Origin: Selaginella moellendorffii | Lineage: Eukaryota; Plantae; Lycopodiophyta | Assembly (NCBI RefSeq): GCF_000143415.4 | Contig: NW_003314262.1 | Coordinates: 293,673-357,672, forward strand | Length of the DNA: 64,000 nucleotides | Reading direction: 5' to 3' | In this document: positions 1 to 13,694 of the stretch, one piece after another | Layout of the letters: every line of letters starts with the position of its first letter | Numbering within the stretch: position 1 is the first letter of the stretch | Translations under genes and position numbers: made by a program | Notes under the pieces: generated by a model | The model's database searches: none | The model's input: the letters and a program-made list of their open reading frames with translations, nothing else | What the model was told of the DNA's origin: nothing

Positions 1-1626
1 CAGGCTGCCTGCTTGATCGCCCCGAATTCTTCTAGAGAGCACGCGGTCAGGCATGGATCCCACTGCACGTTGGCGCAAATCTCCACGAAAAGGCTACCGT
101 AGTCATTGCCAAAGACGGTGGCAGCCGCGTCGCAAAGCTGGCGGCACTCGTCGCTGCTTCCCCGGCTCATCGTAACCTGGATGTGCTCCACAATCGACTC
201 CGATGATGTCGCTGCCGAGCACAGGGATTTGAGCTCGGCGTGGTCGCGGCGTCCCTTCCTCGTCCGCATCCATGTAGAGATCAGGCGCGCTATCGGCACG
301 CTCACGTCTGCGTACTCCTGGAAGAGCGGCTCCACGCGGTGGAAGTTGTAGTGGCCTTGGATCCACTGCTCGAGCCGGGCACGCATCTGGTTGTCCCATT
401 GGATTTCTCCCGCTGCCATCACCTCCTGCCACACAAAAGCTTGAACGCTCTCTCAAATCAAAACGGTGTCAATCATCATACCTCCAACATCTGGCGTAGA
501 GCGACGGTGATGTCCATGGACTTCCACTCTATCCTGGGCGCGTTCTCGATGCAGGAACGTATCCGTTTGAGCTCGTCCAAGGATGCCGGGGAGGACTTTT
601 CATCCTTCAGCGCTGCTTGTTTGCTCAGGAACAGCAGCAAGAGATTTTCCAGCGGTCCAGCTCCGCCACCGCCACGGTCACCTGCTATAGCTTGTGCTTC
701 GAATGCGTCCAGCCATTCCAGCGGCTGTTTGTTGCTCTGGAGCTGGAGCAACAGCCAGGTGAAGACGACGTCGCAAACCTCGCCGCTCGCATCGAACAGG
801 AGAGCGGCGTCAGCAACGCAAGTGGGCGAGAGAGTGCAAGGAAACAATATCGACACGATGGCTGTGGAAAAGGAACCAAGCTCTCAGCTTGAGAGGAATC
901 CAAAGAAGAAGTACGTATAGCTAGCTACCTGACACATGTTCATCTGTGATGACCAATGGGAACGACGATGGCGTCCGATCAGTGGCCTCCTCGAGCTGCA
1001 AAAAAGGAAAAACCATAACTTTGCTACACGATCCAAACAAGCACTCACAAGGTGGAGTTCGATCAGGGCGTACGTGCAGCGGCCTGTGCAGCACTCGGGG
1101 CGGGGATGAGGATTTCGAGATTGCTCTTGATGTGGGCTATGGCGCGTGAAGTAGTCGGCCGCGATGAAGAGGTGCAAGAAGCCATCTGGCACGGTAGCGC
1201 CAAGGACGCGTGCGACGGCCACGGTCCAGATCTTCCACTTGAGCTCCGAGACAGTGGAAGTGCCGGTGGAGTTGGGCAGGACTTCAAAGAACCACGCACC
1301 CGGGGGATGATCCAGCTCCAGCCCAAAGTGAGAGAACGTTGCCCTCACAACCATCAGCAGTCTGGAGCCTATGCCGCTGCGGAACCATTCGGCCACGCGA
1401 TCGCCAACGCATGGCATCCACCCCACCACTGGAATCAGTCCTTCCATAGCCCTTCCTTTGTAGATTTATTTATGTTTAGCATCTTCGTCTTCCTGCAAGG
1501 TGTTATGCTTCTCAAAGCAAGGAGAACTTACGTAAATGGCTCTAGCACAGGCGCTTCACTTCGACCGAGATCTCACAGTATAAAAAACAAGAGCTTGTCA
1601 GAATTTCTATAACCCTCTCTCACCAT
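1..1626 (-). repeat. Inverted duplication arm 1 (partner 7315-8962); copy of the unknown gene, runs off the window start
   Basis: ORFs 103..456, 476..856 and 884..1447 (-) mirror 8507..8860, 8107..8487 and 7440..8042 (+) with few substitutions; coordinate sum is about 8963. Confidence 0.95.
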
Positions 1627-1749
1627 TTCTCTTACGATCCCCGCGGCTCAGCTCTCCCATATCCAACCAAGCATTCTACAATAAACTCGTAACAAGAACA
1701 GAAAAATAGATCTTTTCAGTACCTGATTCGCAATGACCGCCATTTCTCA

Positions 1750-3944
1750 ACACGAAGAAGCTACACCAAACACACTTGAGCACAAGAAGGCTACAAATCT
1801 CGTTCTACCGCTTGCTGGTTCTCCTGGAATCGGGTGTGTTAACCGCCAGTTTCGATGGCGATGATTATGAATTTTCATACAGCAAGAATTCAAACAAAGA
1901 AACAAAACTTGAATAGAAAGTACCAGCATCCAATTGAAACCTGCGGAGCGGAAGGTGATATGTAAGCAAAAGAAGACAGAAAGAAGACTCACGGGGCATG
2001 GTTCTCCAAGTGTAACATCCCAAAGAGCCACGCTGCCATTTCTCCACTCGCTGCTAAACCAGAGAGCATAATTTCCTCCTTGGTCTCCAGCACCCACAAA
2101 GCTACACACACGAAAAGAGAAGAGTTGGAGGTTCACTCGCTACACACCAAGTGGGAACAAAACCTCTTACCCAGCGCGCTGGCATTGGCTTTCCACGACT
2201 CAAATAGTGTAACGCCTTCGTAGACCGGGAGCCTGGGGTGGGGGTGGCTACTGCAAGCGGGGAGCTAACGCAGCGGTCACGGGTCTCCATTGGCATTAAC
2301 CGTGTGTCCCAAACGACTGCTTTGTTTGCCGTGGGAGATATCTTCCACAGGAACTGTAAGCAACGGAAGCAACCTGGGAAACAAGCCACATGACCTTGGT
2401 TTTGGCTGTAATGGAGGAAGAAATACCTCACAACGGGGGCCAAGAGGCACCACAGCTCCGGATATCAAATAAGCCGACTGTTCCATCGCCTGGGCCTGTT
2501 GAAAGGAATGCATCAGCAAAGACTAGACATATATCTGAGTTAACTACCTGTCACAACAACGGTTCCTGCTGCATCAGTTATAGACTGTCCAAAAAAAATA
2601 ATAAGAAAACACGAATCAGAAACTCTCAAGATTGGAAAACAATGTTGACTACCATGTCATTTGCTGGAAATCTGCAGCACTAAGGAGTGCATCCACGTCC
2701 CAGATGTGAACAATACCCGAGCCATTTTGCGACGAGTAACTTCCGCATATCAGTAGGTTATTGTTAAACTCCAGAGCATCCATAGGAGGCAAATCTCCCC
2801 TGGAAAAAAAAAAAAATACCATTACACTTTCAGCATTTTCTACTCGAATAAAAGTATAGTTAGCTCACGTACCTGTTCTGTGAGATTAATTCTGGTACAA
2901 GCGTTCCTCTACAAAAGCAGTTGTCGATCGCCTTGACCACTACTTGTTGCCACAAGGCATGCAAACAACCAAAACCAGCCCAGTAAAGCAAGATCCAAGT
3001 GCGTCACGAACAGCAAACGTTACAGGTTTGAGACGGATTAGCGGCCAGTGCAGAGGTTTTTTTTCTTATGACCTGCCACGTTGTTTTCGTCAGAACCAGG
3101 CCCCAGAGTGTAGAGGCACTCAGCAGTTGATGAATTTCATAATTTGAAAAAAATTTAAAAAGTCAATATATACAAGACAAGACGTAGTAAGATACGACCT
3201 TCACAGTGCTTTCAGCACATGAAACATGTGAAGCATACTCCTGAAATGGATGCACCAAAAAAAAAAGAAAGAAAGACAAGAAAGGATCACATCCATCGCT
3301 AAAGAAGAAAGCGTCAGATTCCAAGAAAACCCCCAAATAAGGAGCTCCTTAGGTGCCTGCATTTCACATTAGCGAGGACCACAGCCTTGATAGAAAACAG
3401 CTTACAGCGTTGCAACCGACAATCTGTGAACGCCGAGCTTGAGCGTGCTGGATCCTTTGCAACTTTGCATACTCATCTGTTACACTAAACAGGTCAAAAA
3501 GGAGAAAAGAAATCGGGCATTAGTCATCCTAAGTACCTGTCGAGGCATGGGTGTCTCGTTCGTCACCGAGTCTGAGGAAGCACTTGCTCTCCGGGACTTG
3601 CTTTCACCTCTTCGTAAGCTTGAGACTTGACGTTAGTCCCCCGAGATCCCGCAGCTTCACTTGTAGCTGACAAAGCCTGCAAGTTTACACAAAAGCTGTC
3701 AATACCAAGCCCATAAACAGTGTCACATACAGCTCGTATCTCCTTTTCATGACTTCTTATTGTCCAGAGATGATTGTCTTCGTCGTCAACGCCAGGATTC
3801 CTGAAAGCACAAGGCTATCAACCATTCAACACAGAAAAGATGAGCTCCCCACCAGTAGTGTCCGGTACGGGTTTGGACTGCTCCATGCGGCTACTCCTGG
3901 CATGCTTCGTTCTACAACCACCTAAGAAGTCAGAAACACGCAAG

Positions 3945-3979
<35 letters not shown>

Positions 3980-4500
3980 ACCTTTGGTGTTTCTTCTGAG
4001 TATGAAAGGTCGGCACCTGTTCTACGTTTTCCAGAGTTTTCACTTCTCTCTTCTCGCTGTGATGCAAACCCAGCCTTGATGAAGCAAAAGAAGAATAAAA
4101 ATTGGAAACAAAAACTACTCACAGCTGGCGTTGCTTCTCCTTCTTCTTCATCACAATATAGTAGAACTTCTGGATGTACTCGGCTGGCAAGACTCAAACT
4201 CCACGCGAGGATTCTGGTTTAACCACTCGGCGATCTCCCACGGGAGTGTCCTCGTCGAGTGAAGCCCAGACGTGCTTCCACTTATCGTTTCTGCTTGAAA
4301 CGAGGCTATCGCCCTGTGACTGCAAGCAATGGAGTAAGCAAGCTCCTTCAAGCCTATCTTGGTAGGAAGAACAAACTCACCTCATCGCCCCGGATTGGCA
4401 TACACGACCACGCGAGGAGCGCTCAAGATCCTCCTGGCTCACGAACCTGCCGAATGGGCGCTCACATGCCGGTTCGTGAGCGGCGCTCCAATCCACCTGC
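1750..4500 (-). CDS. Multi-exon gene or pseudogene, WD40-repeat-like
   Basis: Short GT-AG introns on the minus strand. Exon peptides NLLICGSYSSQNGSGIVHIWDV (~2690-2800), AVVWDTR (~2300) and GSVALWDV (~2010-2040) are WD-like. Boundaries approximate. Confidence 0.4.
3948..3978. repeat. (GA)n microsatellite
   Basis: About 15 GA units seen directly. Confidence 0.95.
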
Positions 4501-5480
4501 ATTGGTGCTTCATCGCCGACGGCTGGCGTTGTCGCTGGATCCTCCGTGGCGGCCGGAGCTTCTTCTTCCTATCGCTGGAGGCGACGGTGCCCCAGCGATG
4601 GGCGGGCGGGATGAAGCGGCCAGCTTTCCGCGAGGCGACGGTGCCCTGGCGATGGGCGGGTGGGATGCTTTGACGACGGCGGCGCGGGATGGACCACGGG
4701 ACGATCCGGCAGCTGAAAGCGTCCCCAGCCCGGAGCTGGAGCTTTCGCTGTGTCCTCCAGGGACAGTAGCTCACAGTCCGGAGCTGGACCTGGAGCTTTC
4801 TCTACGTCCTCCAGGGACAACCCTGGCGAGCCGTGTTCGAGGGCAGGCTGCTTTGGGCTGCCTAGAGGCTGGCCGTCCTGGTGGAAGCAACGCTGGCAAG
4901 ACCAAAAAGAAGAGGGGCACCACAGTTCGTTTGTAGAGAGAGTCGAGAGAGCGAGAGTGAGAGTCGAGAAATCGTGTTCTTTTCGTTTGAATCACATTTT
5001 GGCGCTTCCAATTGGCAAACAATACGTTAGCATTAACAGTAATAAAACACTTGAATGTTGTGGTCTTTTGTTGATCATGTAGTGCTTGATTGATTCCGTC
5101 TTGGCAGGCGAGATCTGTTCACGTCCCCCCACACGCTCCTGGATTCATCGTTTTGAGTTTGAGTGGTGGAACGATCCCCAAGTACAAACGAAGCAAAAGC
5201 ACTAAGATCGCTCATCAACCAAGACATCCTCCTAGAGATATAAAACAGGAAGATCTCTTTTTCACTTTCCCACGGGGAGGAGACATCTCACGCGAGGGAG
5301 GAGCATAGCAATCGCAGCAGGAAACGATGCCTCGCGGATTCGATCATGGATGTACGCGATGCCCCAGCTTGACGATTTGGAAAGTAGAAGACGGGAGCGT
5401 CTTGTTTAAAGTCTCATCTCACGAAGAGTTCCCATCTCAATCTCCATCTCCCGACTCGAGCAAGCGAGGCCCTCTCGCGA

Positions 5481-6911
5481 ATGGCCGGCGCGGACGAGTT
5501 CCCCGACCTCTTGCTCCAAGTCGAGAGCCTCCTCCACATCCTCCGCTCCACGGCTCCCAATCCCTCCAAGACCGAAGCTCTAGACGCGTGGAGCGGAGAT
5601 CTCACGCCGAAGATCGTCAGCAAAGTCATCCAGGCTCCCAAGTTCGTCGACGATGCCGTGTTCTTCTTCACGTACGCGCAGCACAGCGGCTACCGCCACT
5701 CCAACAACTGCTTCCTGCGTGTTCTCCTCCGCGATCCGCCCGAGAGCTCCTGTCCGAGGTGGTCGACTCCTGGCAGCTCCCAAACGCGTCAACTTTCGCG
5801 GTCATCTTGCACGGGCTTTGGCGACGTCGCGATGGCCTGCGAGGTGCTCGTCGACCTCAAGAGCCGAGGCACCGCGGAGTGCAATGCCACTCTCTGCAAG
5901 GAGGCCCGGTTCGACGATGCCAAGCTGCTCTTCCGGAAGATGGTGGAGATGGCGGCCGAGGACGTGACGAGCTACTATCTCCTCGTTCGTCCGCTTTGCA
6001 AGGCCAAGATGATCGAGGACGCCGAGATGCTTGTCACCGAGTCGAGGAAGAAGCTCCTGGAACTCCCGCTCCACAATCTGGTGGTGTCCTCGTACTGCAA
6101 AGGGAAGACGCTCGATGCTGCGGTGGCCGTGTACGAGAAGATGGTAGCGGCGAACTCTTGCTCGGCGGAGTTCGTCACCTACACCAGCCTGATCCAGGGA
6201 CGAAGCGGCTGGAGCAGGCCTTGATGTTCCTGGCAAGAATGGTCTCCAAAGGCTTCCAACACTGCCCCTCTGCGTCGACAACCGGCTCCACGAAGCTCGA
6301 AAGTTTCCGGGGGAGATGGCCAACCGGAACCTCACTCCCAACGTTGTCACGTACACGGTTCTCATCAACGGGCTCTGCAAAGGTGGCTGGGTCGACGAGG
6401 CTGTGGCGCTGCTGTCCAAGATGCGGAAGAAGTGCGTCCCCACGGCCGTGACTTACAACAGCCTGATCGGCCGAGCGGGCGAGCGAGGCCTACGACCTCC
6501 TGGAGGAGACCGAATATCTTCACAGTCAAAGAAGTCGGATGATGCTCTCCGAGTCTTGGAGCGCCTGGTGCTTCCGTCCCGACGTTGTCACGTACTCGTG
6601 CTTGATCGATGGACCTTGTAAGGGAAGGAGGCGATCGATCTCTTCGGCCGGATGATCAAGAGCGGCAGCTGTATACCGAACACGGTGACTTACAACTCCC
6701 TCGTGAGCGGCTGGGAAAGATGGACGAGGCGATGAACCTGCTGGAGAGGATGACTGGCATTTTCCGGCGAAAATTGCTTTTACAAATGTCCCTCCTCCTC
6801 CGTTTGGTGATAAGTCTCTTGGATTTGCTTCCAGCTGCGAGCGTATTGGGGATTTTTTTTTCCCACGATCCACCAAAATGTGCTGCGACAAATGTATTGG
6901 AAAAAAAGTGA
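5481..6911 (+). pseudogene. P-class pentatricopeptide repeat (PPR) pseudogene
   Basis: PPR motifs PNVVTYTVLINGLCKGGWVDEAVALLSKM, SSYCKGKTLDAAVAVYEKM and VTYNSL are split across frames by frameshifts and deletions. Confidence 0.85.
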
Positions 6912-7314
6912 GTTCTCAGCTTGAAACTTCCAAAAGAAATCATTTTTGGATGGATTGTGCTCACAGTTACAAGGATCCGGATCTTAATCTTGGCGAGATG
7001 ACCTGCATTGATCGATGCATCTCGAAGTATACATAGGCAAGTTGTGCTTACGCTGGTCAGATTCTTTCCACCACGAGACGAGATTCAGAATTTTTTTTTC
7101 TTTCCCGAGAGAAGGCCTGTCAATCGAAAGCTTTCCATTCGAGTGTGCCTTTTTGTAGCCTCTCGGGAAGAGCCTGAGACCATTTTTGGAGATCCGGGAG
7201 ATCCTTTTCTCCACGAAGTTGATCATGATCCGAAGTTTCTTTTTCCTTTCCTTGTGTGTTATATTCCTTGCTTCTCTCGCTGGTGCAATTGCCATCTTTG
7301 GACAAGATGCATCA

Positions 7315-8962
7315 ATGGTGAGAGAGGGTTATAGAAATCCTGACAAGCTCTTGTTTTTTATACTGTGAGATCTCGGTCGAAGTGAAGCGCCTGTGCTAGA
7401 GCCATTTACGTAAGTTCTCCTTGCTTTGAGAAGCTTATTGTGCGTTTATGTGCCACCGCGAGGAAGACGAAGATGGTAAATATAAATAAATCTACGGAGG
7501 CAAAACCCTGGGCTATGGAAGGACTGATTCCAGTGGTGGGGTGGATGCCATGCGTTGGCGATCGCGTGGCCGAATGGTTCCGCAGCGGCATAGGCTCCAG
7601 ACTGCTGATGGTTGTGAGGGCAACGTTCTCTCACTTTGGGCTGGAGCTGGATCATCCCCCGGGTGCGTGGTTCTTTGAAGTCCTGCCCAACTCCACCGTC
7701 ACTTCCACTGTCTCGGAGCTCAAGTGGAAGATCTGGACTGTGGCCGTCGCACGCGTCCTTGGCGCTACCGTGCCGGATGGCTTCTTGCACCTCTTCATCG
7801 CGGCCGACTACTTCACGCGCCATAGCCCACATCAAGAGCAATCTAGAAATCCTCATCCCCGCCCCGAGTGCTGCAAAGGCCGCTGCACGTACGCCCTGAC
7901 CGACCTCCACCTTGTGAGTGCTTGTTTGGATCGTGTAGCAAAGTTTATGGTTTTCCCTTTTTTGCAGCTCGAGGAGGCCACTGATCGGACGCCATCGTCT
8001 TTCCCATTGGTCATCACAGATGAACATGTGTCAGGTCGCTAGCTATACGTACTTCTTCTTTGGATTCCTCTCAAGCTAAGAGCTTGGTTCCTTTTCCACA
8101 GCCATCGTGTCGATATTGTTTCCTTGCACTCTCTCGCCCACTTGCGTTGCTGATGCCGCTCTCCTGTTCGATGCGAGCGGCAAGGTTTGCGACGTTGTCT
8201 TCACCTGGCTGTTGCTCCAGCTCCAGAGCAACAAACAGCCGCTGGAATGGCTGGACGCATTCGAAGCACAAGCTATAGCAGGTGACCGTGGCGGTGGCGG
8301 AGCTGGACCCCTGGAAAATCTCTTGCTGCTGTTCCTGAGCAAACAAGCACCGCTGAAGGATGAAAAGTTCTCCCCGGCATCCTTGGACGAGCTCAAACGG
8401 ATACGTTCCTGCATCGAGAACGCGCCCAGGATAGAGTGGAAGTCCATGGACATCACCGTCGCTCTGCGCCAGATGTTGGAGGTATGATGATTGACACCGT
8501 TTTGATTTGAGAGAGCATTCAAGCTTCTGTGTGGCAGGAGGTGATGGCAGCGGGAGAAATCCAATGGGACAACCAGATGCGTGCCCGGCTCGAGCAGTGG
8601 ATCCAAGGCCACTACAACTTCCACCGCGTGGAGCCGCTCTTCCAGGAGTACGCAGACGTGAGCGTGCCGATAGCGCGCCTGATCTCTACATGGATGCGGA
8701 CGAGGAAGGGATGCCGCGACCACGCCGAGCTCAAATCCCTGTGCTCGGCAGCGACATCATCGGAGTCGATTGTGGAGCACATCCAGGCTACGATGAGCCG
8801 GGGAAGCAGCGACGAGTGCCGCCAGCTTTGCGACGCGGCTGCCACCGTCTTTGGCAATGACTACGGTAGCCTTTTCGTGGAGATTTGCGCCAACGTGCAG
8901 TGGGATCCATGCCTGACCGCGTGCTCTCTAGAAGAATTCGGGGCGATCAAGCAGGCAGCCTG
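7315..8962 (+). repeat. Inverted duplication arm 2 (partner 1-1626)
   Basis: Reverse complement of the window start. Confidence 0.95.
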
Positions 8963-9985
8963 GGACGGACTCTTCCGGACTGTGAGCTCCGAAAACACGC
9001 TTCGAAGGCACCGTTTCGACGATGGCAGCCGCAACGAGGCCACATGGAGACCTGGGATTTCCGACATGATCCTCTACATAGCTTACGTAAGCTCTTGATG
9101 ATCTTGTCAATGATTCCATCCATCGCTTACGAGTTTGCTGCTGCAGCTGATCCTCGAGGACTGCTTGGGCGGCAGCGTTGACCGTGAGAGGTGGAAACGA
9201 GACTGTGAGTCTATGCAGAGTGCCTTTCTCTTTGCTCAATCGTGATCCTTTTTGCTTGGATCGTCACAGGCGAGTCACTGCTGCATACCAGGTGGGCGGC
9301 GCAGCGCGTGTCGCGCGGTGGGAAAGGGGTTTTTGTTGCGATTAGCAACTCCACCAGAGGAATCTGTGAGGCGTTTGCGGCGTGGATCCAGTCCCCAAGC
9401 ACGCAGAGGGACTTGGGAGCGAGCTCGGATGAGATACGTCATGCCATAAGAGAGGCAGTCGTCTCGGCTGGTGGAGTGGAGTATGACGAGGAGAGGCAGC
9501 AACTCTGGGCCAGGATGCAAGAGCTGCTGGGTGTCACTGGCAACATTTGGATTTGCATGCTTGCTCGTGCCTATGTGCAGCATGAACACCACTTCGGTGC
9601 TTTCAAAAATGCCGCAAATTATTCTGGTGAAGATCTGCCCACAATTGTCCGCAGGCGTTCAGGCGCAGAAAGTATACCGAGGATCGAAGTTTTCCACGGC
9701 CTCGGCAGCGCTTCCAGGATTTGAGCTTTTGCTTTTGCTAGAGAAGCTTCCTTGCAATTGAGATTTCTTTCAAAGCATCGGAAGAGATTTGAGCTGGCAA
9801 AGTGGAACTTCGCTCATATTTTGATTTAAGGGCGATCAGCATTTGCCACGTGTGCTAATCCTTGGACCGGTTTGTAGCTAGGGCAGAGATATCTATGACT
9901 GTGGAAACGAACATGTAACTTTCTAGCTGCTGAGAGTGATTGGATTCATTGCGTCAAGGGCATTGTGCAGGAAACTCTGTGTGAA
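7515..9985 (+). pseudogene. Lineage-specific multi-exon gene of unknown function, interrupted by a gypsy insertion; probably continues at 15604-16000
   Basis: Consecutive coding-like ORFs (7440..8042, 8107..8487, 8529..9098, 9242..9724) separated by short GT-AG introns; coding-like sequence resumes after the TSD at 15604. Confidence 0.5.
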
Positions 9986-12900
9986 TGTTAGGTGCCAGCT
10001 TTGACTACGTGGTCAACGTCGGTCAAAGGGAAGCTCAAAGGTATATTAAGGCATGTTAAGTTAAGGGACTAACCTACCCTAGGGCTCACAGTGGAACAGT
10101 GGCATAGTAGCTTGGGGGTGATTGGGTGGTGAGGAACCTCAAGAGGTGGCGTAGCATAATCTAGGGCAATTAGATCTCTGTCTTTTTGCACCGGATTATA
10201 ACATTGGTATCAGAGGAGTTGGTTGCGATGGCCGACCAAGCTGAACACTAGAATCCTATTGTCGATCGTGGTGCCGACGAAGCTGCGGAGATTTGGACCA
10301 TTCAAGATGTGGTTCATGAGCTGCGAGCCCTTAATCAAAATCAGCAAGAGATGCAAGATGAGATGCATGGCATGATGGATACCATGCGTGGGCGTATTGA
10401 GGCACTCGAGGCTAAACAGGGTAACGCTCCAAGTAAGCCTTCTTTGGTAGATCGACTCAAGATTCCAATTTTTTCCAGTGATGGTGGTGTGGATGAGTGT
10501 CTCGCTTGGCTAGCCAATGTGAAGAAGTTCTTGGCTGCTAGGGGAACTCCGGATGCAAAGGCTTTAGTGGCTATTCCGATGGTTTTGCGTGATGCGGGTC
10601 TTCGATGGTGGAATTGGCTTGAGGAGTCCCGTGTTGCGGATAAAAAACCACTAGTGTCTGCCATGGATGAGTTTGAGGCTGCTTTCCGTTTATGTTTTGC
10701 CCCTCATTATGATGTGGAGAATGCTCATACAAAACTTTGACATTTCCAGCAAGGGAAAATGACACTTGGGGACTATATTGAGAAGCTTACTCGCTTGATT
10801 AGTCGTGTTCCAACGAAGGATCTAGATTAGAACAAGTCCTACTTCATTGATGGCCTACATAGTGAGAGCATACAGCAATACTTGCGTCATTCTCAGCCTA
10901 CAAAGAGTTTGGAGGAGCTCTTTGATGCAGCTCGTCGACTTGACAATGACAAGCACAAGTCTCGCAAGCATTCCCGGAGTCCTTCTATTGAGAATCATCG
11001 TGATGATCGCTGTGGACACAAGGATGGGAACAAGCATCACAAGTTGAAGTCGGTGGTGACTCCTTTGGATGCAAAGGGGTCCAAGAAGCAGAAGTTCTTT
11101 GTGAAGAATTATAGACAAGGTTGTCATCATTGCGGGGAACTTGGACACTACAAGGCTGATTGTCTGCAATTGAAGAACAAATAATAGGACATGAAGAATG
11201 GCCAATCTTCTTCTCACAGTAAGTCAGATACTAAAAACTTGGAAACTTTGCAGCATGAGGATGAGGAGAACGACCATTTTGGTCGAAGGAAGCGACTTTC
11301 GATCGTTGCTCATCAGCTCAACTGTGTGTGGAACAAGATGGAGCTCGAGGATACGCGTGAATCAGCTTTAATGCTGGAGGGCGTGTTCTGTGGCAATCCA
11401 ATGCGGATTTTACTGGATAGTGGGAGTGATAACAACTTTGTTTCGGCAAAGTTTGTTGTGGAGCATGGCCTGGTCACACGCGGCGTTCTTCCATACACAG
11501 TGGAAGGTGCAACTACCTCTACTCAGCATTTCGATGCTTGTGTCGAGGGGCTGGAAGTGTTGGTTGGCAAAACCACACTTGTGGAGACTTTTTATCTCGC
11601 GGATATCCATTGTGTGGATCTCATTCTCGGGATGCCATGATTGGTGAAGGTGGATCCAGAGATAAAGTGGAGTATTAAGCGTATCTCGCTGGAGTATGGT
11701 GGCGTTAAAGATGTGTGGTTTGGCGAGGGCATTCAACCACCAGTTGTTATGCTCTCTGCTACATCTTTGAAGCGGGCTTGTCGTAATGGAAAAGCACTTT
11801 CGAGTTACTTGTTGTTTGTTCGTGACTTGGGGGACCAAGGCAAGTGTGGGGGAGAAGCAGCAGTATGGGATGTATTGGACGAGTTTTCTAATGTTTTTTC
11901 ATCTGAACTTCCTCATAGATTGCCTTCGTTACGAGGTGTGGAGCATGGGATTACATTGGAGCCGGGGACGCGACCAATTTACCGGCGTCCATTTCGGTTA
12001 AGTTATGCAGAGGAGCAAGAAGTTCAACGACAAGTCAAGGAGTTACTTGAGTTTGGATTTATTCAGCCAAGTAAATCTCCATTTGGTGCTCTGGTCTTGC
12101 TTGTGAAGAGGAAGGACGGTTCAATGCGAATGTGTATTGACTACCGCACTTTGAACAAGAAGACAGTGAAGGATAAGATGCCGATGCCACATGTGGATGA
12201 TATCTTGGACAAACTTAGTGAAGCACGAGTGTTTACCAAGATTGATCTGAGGACTGGATATCATTAGATTGCAATGGATGATGCATCTATCTCCAAGACG
12301 GCATTCAACACAAGCTTCTGACATTTTGAGTTTACAGTTATGCCGTTTGGTTTGATGAATGCACTGGCCACATTTACTCTGTTGGTGACGGAGGTATTTA
12401 GGCGTTATCTTCATGAGTTTGTGGAGATTTTCTTGGACGATATTCTTGTTTTTAGCAAGAATATGGAGGAGCATAGGGTGCATTTGCGCAAGGTTCTTTT
12501 GTTACTCCAAGATAACAAACTTTATGCGAAGAAGAGCAAATGTGAATTTGCAAAGTCAGAGGTGGAATATCTAGGCTATATTGTGACATCTAAGGGTGTC
12601 AAGACCGATCCAAGGAAGGTGGCTGTGGTGGAAAATTGGCCTACACCAACTACGGTGGCCGAGTTGCGCAGTTTTCTTGGTATGGTTAGTTACTACCGAT
12701 GTTTCCAGCATAAGTTTGCAGAGGTGGCTATTCCTTTGACACAGTTGTTACGCAAGAATGTGCCATTCGAGTGGAAGAAGCCACAAGAGGAGAGTTTTGT
12801 GGCACTGAAGTGATTGTTGAGCGAGACTCTAGTGCTTCGTATTGCTGATCCATCGAAACCTTACGAGGTGACATGTGATGCGAGTGGTTATGCACTGGGA

Positions 12901-13694
12901 GGAGTTCTCATGCAAGAGGGACAGCCTATTGCATATGAGAGTCGAACTTTGAATTTTGCGGAGCAACGCTATTCCATATATGAGCAAGAGTTACTCTCTA
13001 TTGTTCATGCTTTGCGGACATGGCGGCACTATCTTTATGGTGCAGTGTTCGTGGTGTTGATAGATCACAAACCACTTGTGTATCTTTTCACACAGAAGGA
13101 GTTGAACACTAGGCAAGCTCGTTGGATGGTCAAACTCATGGAGTTTTGGGAGTTTCCTATTGAGTATCGTCTGGGAAAATCAAATGTGGTGGCAGATGCG
13201 TTATCTCGTATTTGTCATGTGACGACATTACAAACATGATTTTGTCATCATTTGAGTAAGGTGGTCAGCGAGTTTGGGCAGTTGGTTGAGCATGCTCAGG
13301 CTCAAGATGCTGAGGTGGCCTCTTTGCGAGACCAGATGGAAGCCCCTTTCTCATTGGTGGATGGGATTCTCTACTACAATGGCCGTGTATATTTGCCACG
13401 AGTGGATGTGTTAATTACTCAAGTTTTATTCCACTATCATGATCATCCAAAGGCCGATCATTTTGGGGGGAAAAAGACGTATGAGTTGATTAAGTGCAAC
13501 TTTTATTGGAGGAATATGAAGGCTGATATCCTCAAGTATTGTAAATCATGCGAGCTTTGTCAGCGGGTTAAGGTGCCATAGGAGAAGCCGGGGGGACTTT
13601 TGCAACCTTTACCTATTCCTCAAAGCCGTTGGTGTAGTATCTCTATGGACTTCATCACTTGTTTGCCACGAACACAAAGGCAAAAGGAGCAAGT

